A stretch of 64,000 nucleotides of DNA from Anaeroplasmataceae bacterium (lineage in GTDB: Bacteria > Bacillota_I > Bacilli_A > Acholeplasmatales > Anaeroplasmataceae), in the NCBI GenBank assembly GCA_020025015.1, contig JAHHSV010000002.1, positions 577 through 64,576 on the forward strand, read 5' to 3'. This document shows, piece after piece, positions 46,656 through 55,227 of this stretch; within the stretch, counting starts at the first letter, position 1, and each line of letters starts with the position of its first letter. The notes beneath the pieces were generated by a model that was given only the letters and a program-made list of their open reading frames with translations, searched no databases and was not told the origin of the DNA. A program made the position numbers and the translations under genes.

Positions 46656-47639
46656 TTATCGTTTTAAAGCCTCGTATATCTTAGCTTCAATTTCTTTGGC
46701 AACAGCTTCATTTTCAGTTAAGAACTTCTTAACAGATTCCTTGCCTTGACCAATTTTATTGCCATTATAGCTAAACCAAGAACCAGCCTTACTAATAATG
46801 TCATACTCAACACCTAAATCAATAAGCTCAGATATGTGAGAAACACCTTCACCATAAATAATATCAACGGTTGCTGTTTTAAAAGGTGGCGCAACCTTAT
46901 TCTTAACAACCTTTACAGTTGTTCTATTACCTAAGATTTCTGTACCATCCTTTAATTGCTCACCACGTCTAACATCTAATCTAACAGATGCATAGAACTT
47001 TAAGGCACGACCACCAGTTGTAGTTTCAGGATTACCAAACATTACCCCAACCTTCTCACGAATTTGGTTAATGAATATCGCTACACAATTAGTTTTAGCA
47101 ATAATACCTGAAAGCTTACGCATTGCTTGGCTCATTAAACGAGCATGTAAGCCAACATGTGAATCACCCATATCACCATTTAGCTCAGCCTCTGGTACTA
47201 GAGCGGCAACACTATCGATAACAATAATATCAACGCTTCCACTACGAATTAAGGCCTCAGCAATCTCTAAGGCTTGCTCACCACTATTAGGCTGAGATAA
47301 TAATAAATTATCCACATCAACGCCTAAATTCTTAGCATAAACAGGATCTAGGGCATGCTCAGCATCAATAAACGCTGCATAGCCTCCTGTCTTTTGACAG
47401 CTTGCAATGGCATGTAAGGCAAATGTAGTTTTACCAGATGATTCAGGACCGAATATTTCAATAATACGACCCTTAGGATATCCCCATACACCAAGTGCTC
47501 TATCTAAATTTATTGAACCTGTTGGAATTACTTCAATATTTTCCTTGGCTTTATCACCAAGACGCATAACTGAACCCTTACCAAAATCCTTTTCGATTTG
47601 CTTTAAAGCCTCAGCCAGCGCTTTATCTTTATCTACCAT
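46656..47639 (-). CDS. recA: Recombinase RecA
   Basis: [19 protein letters not shown] and Walker [13 protein letters not shown] 47639 (MVDKDKAL.., GGAGGT 7 nt upstream) is preferred to the track's start at 47669. Confidence 0.95.
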   Translation of the reverse strand: MVDKDKALAEALKQIEKDFGKGSVMRLGDKAKENIEVIPTGSINLDRALGVWGYPKGRIIEIFGPESSGKTTFALHAIASCQKTGGYAAFIDAEHALDPVYAKNLGVDVDNLLLSQPNSGEQALEIAEALIRSGSVDIIVIDSVAALVPEAELNGDMGDSHVGLHARLMSQAMRKLSGIIAKTNCVAIFINQIREKVGVMFGNPETTTGGRALKFYASVRLDVRRGEQLKDGTEILGNRTTVKVVKNKVAPPFKTATVDIIYGEGVSHISELIDLGVEYDIISKAGSWFSYNGNKIGQGKESVKKFLTENEAVAKEIEAKIYEALKR

Positions 47640-47684
47640 ATTTTTTACCTCCGCTATATATATAGACAAAAAATATTATTTTTT

Positions 47685-48248
47685 CTAAATAGATTCTAAA
47701 ATTGTTGCTTTATTTTTCCAGAAATACTCAATACCTGAAACAACTGTTAAGGCACAAGCAATATACATTAATACTTGGCTAGTAATTAAAACCGCCTCAT
47801 GCATACCAGAAAAGAACATAACGATTAAAGCAATCATAGTTGTTGCGGTTTTTAGCTTGCCAAGCTTAGAGGCTGCAATTACAACATTCTTTTCTACTAC
47901 TACCATTCTAATACCTGATACCATAAATTCTCTAATTAAAATAATAACAAATACCCACATTGGTAAAATACCATCTGCTAAGAAAATACTCATAGCAGTA
48001 AATACTAGCATTTTATCCGCAAGTGGATCAGCAAATTTACCAAAGGTAGTAACTAAATTACGCTTTCTAGCAATATTACCATCTAAAAAATCTGTAAATG
48101 ATGCTAAAGCGAAAATAATAACCTCAATTAAATATAATAGGCTTAAGCCTGCAAATTCAATTTCACGTAACTGTGGAATGTAATATAAAATAACCATTAC
48201 AGGAATTAATAAAATTCTTACCATGGTCAACTTATTAGGTAATGTCAT
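47685..48248 (-). CDS. pgsA: CDP-diacylglycerol--glycerol-3-phosphate 3-phosphatidyltransferase
   Basis: CDP-alcohol phosphatidyltransferase motif DFLDGNIARKRNLVTTFGKFADPLADK. Confidence 0.9.
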   Translation of the reverse strand: MTLPNKLTMVRILLIPVMVILYYIPQLREIEFAGLSLLYLIEVIIFALASFTDFLDGNIARKRNLVTTFGKFADPLADKMLVFTAMSIFLADGILPMWVFVIILIREFMVSGIRMVVVEKNVVIAASKLGKLKTATTMIALIVMFFSGMHEAVLITSQVLMYIACALTVVSGIEYFWKNKATILESI

Positions 48249-48325
48249 ATCTATAAAAACTCCTTTTCTAAACTGTATGTATTATACCATAAACAAAAGG
48301 TCATATCATCATATTATAGATATTT

Positions 48326-49240
48326 TTATTTACTTCTAAAGAAATCATTAGTAAGCTTTAAGCCATCAATTATTTGAAGTGGTGCTTCTAAGCCCTCTAA
48401 GGCAAGCTTCACTTCCTCTTCTGAAATACTCTTGCGTAAATTTAAATTAATTGTTTTCTTTGAATTTTCAATAAAGAAATACAATTTGTTATTATAAAAA
48501 ATGTAGCTAATAATTCCTTTAAAGGCTTTTTCAAAATCAGTAAGCTTCTTTAAAACACTAGGCGTTAAAAACTTAAAGACTTCTTCCTGATTACTAACAC
48601 CGATAAAATACCTTTCGTTTAAGGTACTAACCTCTGTCTGAACCCTTTTAACCCCATTAATCTTCCTAATATTACTTCTTTTTTCGATAAAACACATATT
48701 TTGAGGCAAATATTCTAAATTAAAAACAATCATTCTTCCATCATAATATGTCTCATATTTACTACTTGTCTTACCATTAGAATCCGTTGTTTCAACCAAT
48801 TCCTGTAGAGTAACATCAGAGCTAGAAAAATGAATTGCCTTATAATAACCAGCAAAAAAATCAGCACCTATAACCTTATCAGGATTTTCAAGAAAGCCAA
48901 TATCAATTATTTCATTAAGCTCTGGTAAGGTACCAGTAGCTAGATACTCACCCTTACCCTCATCACAGCTTTCATTAAGCCAGGCTAAAACTAACTCATT
49001 CTTGATTTTCTTCTTAGCATTGCCAATTTTACTAAATCCTACTCCTAATACAATAAGACCAATAACTAAAACAATGATAGCTGGGAAAAACAAATCACTA
49101 CCAACCGAAGCAAGAGTAAACGTTAAAATAAATAACACAACTGCAACCACAATAGTGGAAATACCAATATAGAAGAAGATCTTATTCTTATTGTAAGCTT
49201 CCACTCTATATTTTTCTAAAGCTTCTAAATTTAAATTCAT
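48326..49240 (-). CDS. Hypothetical two-TM membrane protein, possibly DUF3137 family
   Basis: Two adjacent TM helices (FFYIGISTIVVAVVLFILTF / FFPAIIVLVIGLIVLGVGF) are followed by a ~220 aa soluble domain. ATG 49240 (GGAGG 9 nt upstream) is preferred to 49249, where the SD would abut the ATG. The family call is from memory only. Confidence 0.45.
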   Translation of the reverse strand: MNLNLEALEKYRVEAYNKNKIFFYIGISTIVVAVVLFILTFTLASVGSDLFFPAIIVLVIGLIVLGVGFSKIGNAKKKIKNELVLAWLNESCDEGKGEYLATGTLPELNEIIDIGFLENPDKVIGADFFAGYYKAIHFSSSDVTLQELVETTDSNGKTSSKYETYYDGRMIVFNLEYLPQNMCFIEKRSNIRKINGVKRVQTEVSTLNERYFIGVSNQEEVFKFLTPSVLKKLTDFEKAFKGIISYIFYNNKLYFFIENSKKTINLNLRKSISEEEVKLALEGLEAPLQIIDGLKLTNDFFRSK

Positions 49241-49340
49241 ATATGTCATCCTCCATTTTGCATATTATAGCACTTTTACTTTTAAAACAAAAAATATTCG
49301 CCCATAATAAAAAAATTATTATTTTTCTTAAAATTAAATC

Positions 49341-49369
49341 TTGCAAGGAAAATCATTTTTTGCTATAAT
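49341..49369 (+). promoter_or_regulatory. Sigma-A promoter of rpsT
   Basis: TTGCAA (49341-46), 17 nt, TGcTATAAT (-10 at 49364-69). Confidence 0.7.
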
Positions 49370-49399
49370 TAAATGGCGTTTATTGACGGAGGTGAAACC

Positions 49400-49663
49400 A
49401 TGGCAAACATTAAACAACAAATCAAAAGAGCAAAAACAAATGAAAAAGCAAGATTAGCTAACTTCTCATTCAAGTCTTCTTTAAAGACAGCATTAAAAAA
49501 TGTTAAGGTTGCAGTTGCAGAAAACAACTTAGAAAAAGCTACTGAAGCTTTAAACTTAGCATATAAGAAATTAGATAAGGCTTTAGCTAAAAACATCGTT
49601 CACAAAAACTATGTTGCTAGAAACAAGAGCAATTTAGCTAAATTAGTTGATTCAATTAGATAA
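49400..49663 (+). CDS. rpsT: 30S ribosomal protein S20
   Basis: MANIKQQIKRAKTNEKARLANFSFKSSLKTALK is the canonical S20 N-terminus. The start at 49400 has GGAGGTG upstream; the track start at 49373 is an upstream in-frame ATG. Confidence 0.93.
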   Translation: MANIKQQIKRAKTNEKARLANFSFKSSLKTALKNVKVAVAENNLEKATEALNLAYKKLDKALAKNIVHKNYVARNKSNLAKLVDSIR

Positions 49664-49672
49664 TTTATAAAC

Positions 49673-49707
49673 AAAAAACTTGCATCGACAAGTTTTTTTG
49701 TTTTTTA
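49673..49707 (+). terminator. Terminator of rpsT
   Basis: AAAAAACTTG (49673-82) pairs with CAAGTTTTTT (49689-98), and the T-run continues beyond the stem. Confidence 0.75.
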
Positions 49708-49723
49708 TAGGCATTTATAATTA

Positions 49724-49753
49724 AAATGGAATCCTTACTGGATTCCATTTTTT
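49724..49753. terminator. Second hairpin between the convergent rpsT and holA genes
   Basis: AAATGGAATCC (49724-34) pairs with GGATTCCATTT (49740-50) with a 5-nt loop. A T-run follows on the plus side and TTAATTAT on the minus side. Confidence 0.6.
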
Positions 49754-49760
49754 GATCTTC

Positions 49761-50696
49761 TTATATTGATAGAATATAGCTAGTGATAGCAATATCCCCA
49801 TCTACACTACCCTTTTTAATATCAAACTCAATTTTATTTAGCTTAAGTAAATTATCCTTAATTGAATCAAGCGAATAGGTTTTAATATCCTTAATCATAT
49901 AAAAGGCTCTACCAGGCTTAACATTATAAAGCTCAGCAAAATCATTTTGGGTAAAGCCATTATAATAAAGAATATAATTATTATACATTTCTTGAAACTT
50001 ATTAATAACTAAGCCTAATAGGTAGGTTATACTAATATTTTGCGTTGAAAAATCTGTATATAGCTTATAGGCAAGCTTTCTATCATGCTTTAAAATTGCG
50101 TTAGTAAATTCAAAAATATTATTTTCAAGTGGAGGTAAAAAGAAATTTAAAATATCCTCCTTTGTGATCATCTTTTCAGAAATCTTATAGCAAATTAAAG
50201 AATCTAGCATATTTTTTAATAATAAGGTCTCATCACCATAGGTTAATAAATAATCCATAGCATCATCAGTTATTCTAAAGCTTTCTCTTGCCAAATATTT
50301 TAAAAGATAATCCTTTGACGAAAGCTTTTCTTCCTTGCTTTCTAAATAGATTGAATACTTCTTTAGCTCCTTAAAGCGTTCTGTTGTTTTAGCCTCATTA
50401 TAAACTAAAATTAAAATACTAAATGGCGCAGGATTAGTGATATATTTTAGTAAATGCTCATAAAAGGTTTCATTAACCTTAGTATCAATAAGCGTTGCAT
50501 CATTAACGATGATACACTTAGACTCACTTAAAAGAGAGGGAGTGTTTAGCTCAGCTAAAATTGAAGGTAGGCCATCCTCCTCAATGTGACGATAATTTAC
50601 ATCAATATTTTCATCATATTCACTTAAGATTTCTTTGATTTTTTCTTCAAGTAAAGCTCTGTCGCTATTTACTAAAACAAAATTACGCGCTGCCAT
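49761..50696 (-). CDS. holA: DNA polymerase III delta subunit
   Basis: 311 aa. Its position between comEC and divergent rpsT is the conserved Bacillota context. The N-terminal clamp-loader-like fold is not motif-rich, so the call rests mainly on synteny and size. Confidence 0.65.
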   Translation of the reverse strand: MAARNFVLVNSDRALLEEKIKEILSEYDENIDVNYRHIEEDGLPSILAELNTPSLLSESKCIIVNDATLIDTKVNETFYEHLLKYITNPAPFSILILVYNEAKTTERFKELKKYSIYLESKEEKLSSKDYLLKYLARESFRITDDAMDYLLTYGDETLLLKNMLDSLICYKISEKMITKEDILNFFLPPLENNIFEFTNAILKHDRKLAYKLYTDFSTQNISITYLLGLVINKFQEMYNNYILYYNGFTQNDFAELYNVKPGRAFYMIKDIKTYSLDSIKDNLLKLNKIEFDIKKGSVDGDIAITSYILSI

Positions 50697-50708
50697 TTTA
50701 TCACCGTT

Positions 50709-52808
50709 TTAATTATAGCATATATTTCTAAAGGGCTTAAGCCCTAGGCTACTAAATTTTATATTTCCTGAGGCTTTAGTAATATAAATTTCAGCATATT
50801 TTCTAAGCCTTAATAAAACCTCCTGATTAGGCATACCATAATTATTCTCCCCTAGGGAAATTATCGCATATTTAGGTCTTACTATTTCTAAAAACCTAGA
50901 GGAGCTTGAGGTATTACTGCCGTGATGCCCAACCTTTAATAAATCATATCTTTTTAAAGCCTTAGCTTCAATCAAGGCCTCTTCTGTTTTAATAGTAGCA
51001 TCTCCCATAAATAAAAAGCTTTTGTTAAGCATACTTATATCTAAAACTAAGCTATTACTATTCTTTTCTTCTAAATCATTTTCCGGACCTAAAACCCTTA
51101 TTGAAGCCTCACCTATTCTAATGAAATCACCTTTTTTTAGCTTAATTAGCTTAACCCTATTACCTCTACAAATTTCATCAATTCCATTATCATAAATATT
51201 TATATAAACAGCTTTAACCCTTATAGAGCCTAAAACTAAGGCTAAATCCCCCATATGATCATTATCACTGTGGGTAATGAAAATTGCTTCTAGGCTTCTA
51301 ATATCTCGTTTTTCTAAAAAGTCCTTAACGTTATAGCAATCAATCAAAAAGCTTTTTCTATTACTATTAATATAACAGGTATCACCCTGACCTACCGATA
51401 CAAATTCTAAATAATTAGCTTCAATTTTATAGCTAAGCTTAAATAAAATTAAAATGCTAATAAAAAGAAATATTAGCCCTTTTCTTATTTTCTTTCTATC
51501 TAAGCCAACCAAGATAAAAATTAAAATTAAATAATAGAGAAGCTTAAAATAGCTATTCATATAAGGATAGCTAACACAAAAGGAATTGCTAATTAAGCTA
51601 ATAAAGCTATTAAAGCCTAAATAAATATCTTCGATAAATAAGCTTAGACTAGGTACTACTAAAAATAAAAATGATAAGGGTATAAAAAAATAGGTGTAAA
51701 AATCAATTAATAAAAATGATACTAGGCTAAATATAGACATTTCATTATTGATATTTGTAATAAAAGGAAAATTAACTAATAATAAAATTAAGCCAATTAA
51801 AAAATCCTTTAAAAGCTTATTTTTAGCTTTAATAAAATCATCCATAAAGATTAGAGTAAAGGCTGATAAAAAGCTTAAAATAAAACCCAAGGAATAAATT
51901 CTTGAGGGGTTAATTAAAATAATTAAAAAGGTTATAGAAAAAAGATCTAGCCTCGTAAATACCCTTAAGCTATTCTTATTATAGTAATTGAGTAAAAGAA
52001 AAATTAAGGCTCTTAGTAAGGATAGCTGTAGGCCGCAAAAGATAGTATAAAGCCCTAGCATAGCAAGGCTTATTTTTTCACTTAAATACTTTCTTTTAGT
52101 GACTAAAAATAATATCTTATTAGAAGCTAAATAAATTAAGTGAATATGCATACCGCTTAAGGCAAGGATATGTGCTAAATTAAGCCTACCTAGGCTATTT
52201 TTTACACTTTCATCTAAGGTGTTATCACCAAAAACCAGAGCCTTAAAAAGTAAATAAATATTAGGTGCCATCTGCTTCTTATAATATTCTAAGGAAAGAT
52301 ATTTTAAATAACCTAAGGTCTTGTAGCTTTTTATTATAGTTAAGCTATTAAGCCTATAGGTACCACTATAGCCACTTGCCTTTAAATATAAAACCTCATT
52401 AAAATCGCCACTATAATCTGGTAAATTTAAAGTTTTCTCCCTTAATTCTAGGCTTACATAATCACCTGGAATTGCTAGGCTTTTACCATAAATTAAATAT
52501 TTTTTAAAGCCTACTAATACGACTATTTTATTATTCTTCTTTTCTAAAACTAAGCCCTTGCAGGAGTTTATTTCCTTTAAGGGATAGGGTATATAATAGG
52601 CCACAATAAATATTACAGCAAAGATAAATAAGCTTATTTTAATAGCTCTTGGAATATCCCTTCTTTTGAAAAGATAGATAAAATAAATTATAAAAGCTAA
52701 AAGGAAAAAAGACTTTAATAATCCCACACTAAGGATAACTATCCCAATAACAATAAAGTGTAAATTACTAGATAATGGCTCTAACCTTGATTTCCAAAAG
52801 CTTGGCAT
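50709..52808 (-). CDS. comEC: DNA internalization competence protein ComEC/Rec2
   Basis: Polytopic competence domain plus a C-terminal metallo-beta-lactamase domain (FITHSDNDHMGD, KVGHHGS). Confidence 0.88.
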   Translation of the reverse strand: MPSFWKSRLEPLSSNLHFIVIGIVILSVGLLKSFFLLAFIIYFIYLFKRRDIPRAIKISLFIFAVIFIVAYYIPYPLKEINSCKGLVLEKKNNKIVVLVGFKKYLIYGKSLAIPGDYVSLELREKTLNLPDYSGDFNEVLYLKASGYSGTYRLNSLTIIKSYKTLGYLKYLSLEYYKKQMAPNIYLLFKALVFGDNTLDESVKNSLGRLNLAHILALSGMHIHLIYLASNKILFLVTKRKYLSEKISLAMLGLYTIFCGLQLSLLRALIFLLLNYYNKNSLRVFTRLDLFSITFLIILINPSRIYSLGFILSFLSAFTLIFMDDFIKAKNKLLKDFLIGLILLLVNFPFITNINNEMSIFSLVSFLLIDFYTYFFIPLSFLFLVVPSLSLFIEDIYLGFNSFISLISNSFCVSYPYMNSYFKLLYYLILIFILVGLDRKKIRKGLIFLFISILILFKLSYKIEANYLEFVSVGQGDTCYINSNRKSFLIDCYNVKDFLEKRDIRSLEAIFITHSDNDHMGDLALVLGSIRVKAVYINIYDNGIDEICRGNRVKLIKLKKGDFIRIGEASIRVLGPENDLEEKNSNSLVLDISMLNKSFLFMGDATIKTEEALIEAKALKRYDLLKVGHHGSNTSSSSRFLEIVRPKYAIISLGENNYGMPNQEVLLRLRKYAEIYITKASGNIKFSSLGLKPFRNICYN

Positions 52809-53235
52809 TTCTTATTCCTGAAACCTTAGAAAATTCTTCCCAGGAGGTAAAGCTATGGTTTTCTAAATAATCCATAATTTTGGTTAAGGTTACATCTCCT
52901 ATTCCTGGTAGGCTACTAATTTCACTTCTAATTCCCCTATTAATATTAACTGGGTTTTCAATTCTTGTTTTAACTAAAACAGTCATATTTCTTTTTATAA
53001 TGGGATCATCAACCACATAAACACTTGCTTCATTACTACCAGCTAGCCTTATAACTGTATCTATCTTAGTTCCAAGTGGCACGCTATAGCTATCAGGCCT
53101 TTTAACCTCACCTTTTACTAAAACATCTACATAGATTAAATTATCCATTACGATATTATTTTCATCTTCTTTACTAGGTAAAAATAATACTCCAATTATT
53201 AATACTAAAATACTAATTATAATTAGCTTTTTCAT
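52768..53235 (-). CDS. comEA: Competence protein ComEA (SLBB + helix-hairpin-helix DNA receptor)
   Basis: N-terminal TM helix, an SLBB-like segment (VDVLVKGEVKRPDSYSVPLGTKI) and an HhH motif (LPGIGDVTLTKIMDY). It overlaps the annotated comEC start by 41 nt. Confidence 0.8.
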   Translation of the reverse strand: MKKLIIISILVLIIGVLFLPSKEDENNIVMDNLIYVDVLVKGEVKRPDSYSVPLGTKIDTVIRLAGSNEASVYVVDDPIIKRNMTVLVKTRIENPVNINRGIRSEISSLPGIGDVTLTKIMDYLENHSFTSWEEFSKVSGIRNAKLLEIKVRAII

Positions 53236-53279
53236 CCTATCACCTCACTTAATATATAGAAGGATAAATAAAAAAATTA

Positions 53280-53308
53280 TAAAAAAAAGAAGATTTTTTT
53301 AAATCTTC
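53280..53308 (-). terminator. Terminator after the yfcE-like gene
   Basis: GAAGATTT (53289-96) pairs with AAATCTTC (53301-08). A T8 run follows on the minus strand. Confidence 0.7.
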
Positions 53309-53310
53309 CT

Positions 53311-53838
53311 TTAAAATAATATTTCACCAGTAAGTGATTTTAAAACAATACCATTTTCATCTAAAATACCATAGGAACGTGGACTATTTTCCTTAGGTAG
53401 GGTAATACTTCCAACATTAACATATGCTACACCATCAAATTCCTTAATACTAGGAATATGATAATGACCATATAAAACAGTTGCACCCTTAGGTACTAAA
53501 TCCTCTTCGCTGAACTTTAGATGATGACCATGAACTAAATAATAATATTTACCATTAAAATCTAAATTATAGTCGTCATGAATTTTAAATTTTAAAACCA
53601 TCTGATCAACCTCAGCATCACAATTACCCTTAACACAAATGATTTTATCTGCTAAATCATTTAAAATTGGAATAACCTTTTTAGGGTTATAGCTTTCAGG
53701 TAAATCATTACGAGGGCCATGATATAAGACATCACCTAAGCAAATAATCTTATCACATTTTTCTTCCTCGAATAATCTTTTAATCTGTAAGGCTGAATCA
53801 TATGAGCCATGGATATCTGATACAACTAAATAACGCAT
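53311..53838 (-). CDS. yfcE: YfcE-type metallophosphoesterase (phosphodiesterase)
   Basis: VSDIHGS, LGDVLYHGPRN, VKGNCD, VHGH and YGHYH motifs are collinear with E. coli YfcE as I recall it. Confidence 0.8.
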   Translation of the reverse strand: MRYLVVSDIHGSYDSALQIKRLFEEEKCDKIICLGDVLYHGPRNDLPESYNPKKVIPILNDLADKIICVKGNCDAEVDQMVLKFKIHDDYNLDFNGKYYYLVHGHHLKFSEEDLVPKGATVLYGHYHIPSIKEFDGVAYVNVGSITLPKENSPRSYGILDENGIVLKSLTGEILF

Positions 53839-53840
53839 AA

Positions 53841-54428
53841 TTACCTCTTCTTAAAGCTTATTGACATACCATCACCGCAATGATTAAATTCTGTCACATA
53901 GCCATCATTATTTTCTAAGTCTTCCTTAAATTTATTTAGCTTACGAATCATACTACGTAGGCTACGAGAATATTCGTGTAAATCATCCTTATCACATAAG
54001 CCGTGAAAATCTAAATTATCACAAATAACCATACCATTTTCGCTTAATAAGGGCGTATATAAATCAAAGAACGTTTGATAAGAACCCTTAGCAGCATCAA
54101 TAAAAATTAAATCAAACCTTAAATCCTTTATTAAAGGTAATGCTTCCTTGGCATCACTAAAAACAACTTTAATTTTATCAGTTAAATTAAAGTCAGCAAT
54201 ATTTTTTAATGCTAATTCATACATTTTAGGATCACGCTCGATAGTAACCACGTTTGTCCCAGCTAAGGCCATATTAATAGCACTATAGCCAATAGCAGTA
54301 CCAACCTCTAGAACTCTATTAGGGTGATATTTTTTAATACTATCTAATAAAAATTCAAGTCCCGCATCTTGAATGATTGGGACATGATTTTCCTTGGCAT
54401 AATCCTTAAGCTCTTTAATGGATTCCAT
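53841..54428 (-). CDS. trmR: Class I SAM-dependent O-methyltransferase, YrrM/TrmR family
   Basis: SAM motif VLEVGTAIGYSAI and FIDAAKGSY. ATG 54428 forms a TAATG stop/start overlap with the DUF1292 gene; the track start at 54437 is a TTG. Confidence 0.75.
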   Translation of the reverse strand: MESIKELKDYAKENHVPIIQDAGLEFLLDSIKKYHPNRVLEVGTAIGYSAINMALAGTNVVTIERDPKMYELALKNIADFNLTDKIKVVFSDAKEALPLIKDLRFDLIFIDAAKGSYQTFFDLYTPLLSENGMVICDNLDFHGLCDKDDLHEYSRSLRSMIRKLNKFKEDLENNDGYVTEFNHCGDGMSISFKKR

Positions 54429-54805
54429 TATTCGCAATCATGGCAGCCGCAGCAAGAGCCACAATGATCTTCGCCTTCTTCATCGTCTGCATCACAGCAA
54501 TCGCCTTCACAGCATTCACTGCAATGGCAGCCGCAGCTATGCTCATGCTCATGCTCTTCTTGGTGTGCTAAGAAGTCTTCTAATACATCTTGTAATAAAT
54601 CCCATTCAGCATCATTTTCGATTGGTAATAATTTACCATTCTTATTGTCAGTTTCCTCAAAAATCATAGCAGTAATTTCATCAGTTTCTTCAATTTGGAA
54701 TACTACATAGTTGTGTTTGAATTCCTCATTATAATGAGTAAAGATGATTTTGCATTTTAATTCCTTACCATTATTGTCTGTGATAGTCATAAATTCATTT
54801 TGCAT
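54428..54805 (-). CDS. DUF1292 (YrzB-like) protein with Cys/His-rich C-terminal extension
   Basis: N-terminal ~80 aa are ITDNNGKELKCKIIFTHYNEEFKHNYVVFQIEETDEITAMIFEE...LLPIENDAEWDLLQDVLEDF, a DUF1292 pattern, in the ruvX-downstream position of yrzB. The tail is HQEEHEHEHSCGCHCSECCEGDCCDADDEEGEDHCGSCCGCHDCE. Confidence 0.7.
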   Translation of the reverse strand: MQNEFMTITDNNGKELKCKIIFTHYNEEFKHNYVVFQIEETDEITAMIFEETDNKNGKLLPIENDAEWDLLQDVLEDFLAHQEEHEHEHSCGCHCSECCEGDCCDADDEEGEDHCGSCCGCHDCE

Positions 54806-54810
54806 ATTAA

Positions 54811-55227
54811 TTATCTCCTTCTATCTAAATAATTTTGTAAAATAACAACCGCGGCCATCTCATCCTTCTTAGCTCGCCTGTCTTTTCTTTTAACATTACC
54901 TTGAAGCATAGCTCTATCGACAAGTGATGTGGTTAGTCTTTCATCTAAAAGTATAACATTAATGTCACTATTTTCCTCAATTTTTGCTTTAAAATCGAAA
55001 GAAATTTGAGCACGAACGCCACAATCACCATTCATATGCTTAGGAAGGCCTAAGACAACAGTCTTAACCTTCTCCTTTTGGCATAATTGAATAGTATAGT
55101 CGATTGCTAAATCATAGCGGTCATCAGGAAAACGATAGGTTTCTAAGGCTCTTGCAAGCATTTGAAGCTCATCAGAAATCGCAACACCTAAGGTTCTGCT
55201 TCCTAAATCTAATCCAATAATTCTCAT
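54811..55227 (-). CDS. ruvX: Putative pre-16S rRNA nuclease / Holliday junction resolvase-like protein RuvX (YqgF)
   Basis: MRIIGLDLGSRTLGVAISD N-terminus and DERLTT motif. TAATG overlap with alaS. Confidence 0.9.
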   Translation of the reverse strand: MRIIGLDLGSRTLGVAISDELQMLARALETYRFPDDRYDLAIDYTIQLCQKEKVKTVVLGLPKHMNGDCGVRAQISFDFKAKIEENSDINVILLDERLTTSLVDRAMLQGNVKRKDRRAKKDEMAAVVILQNYLDRRR

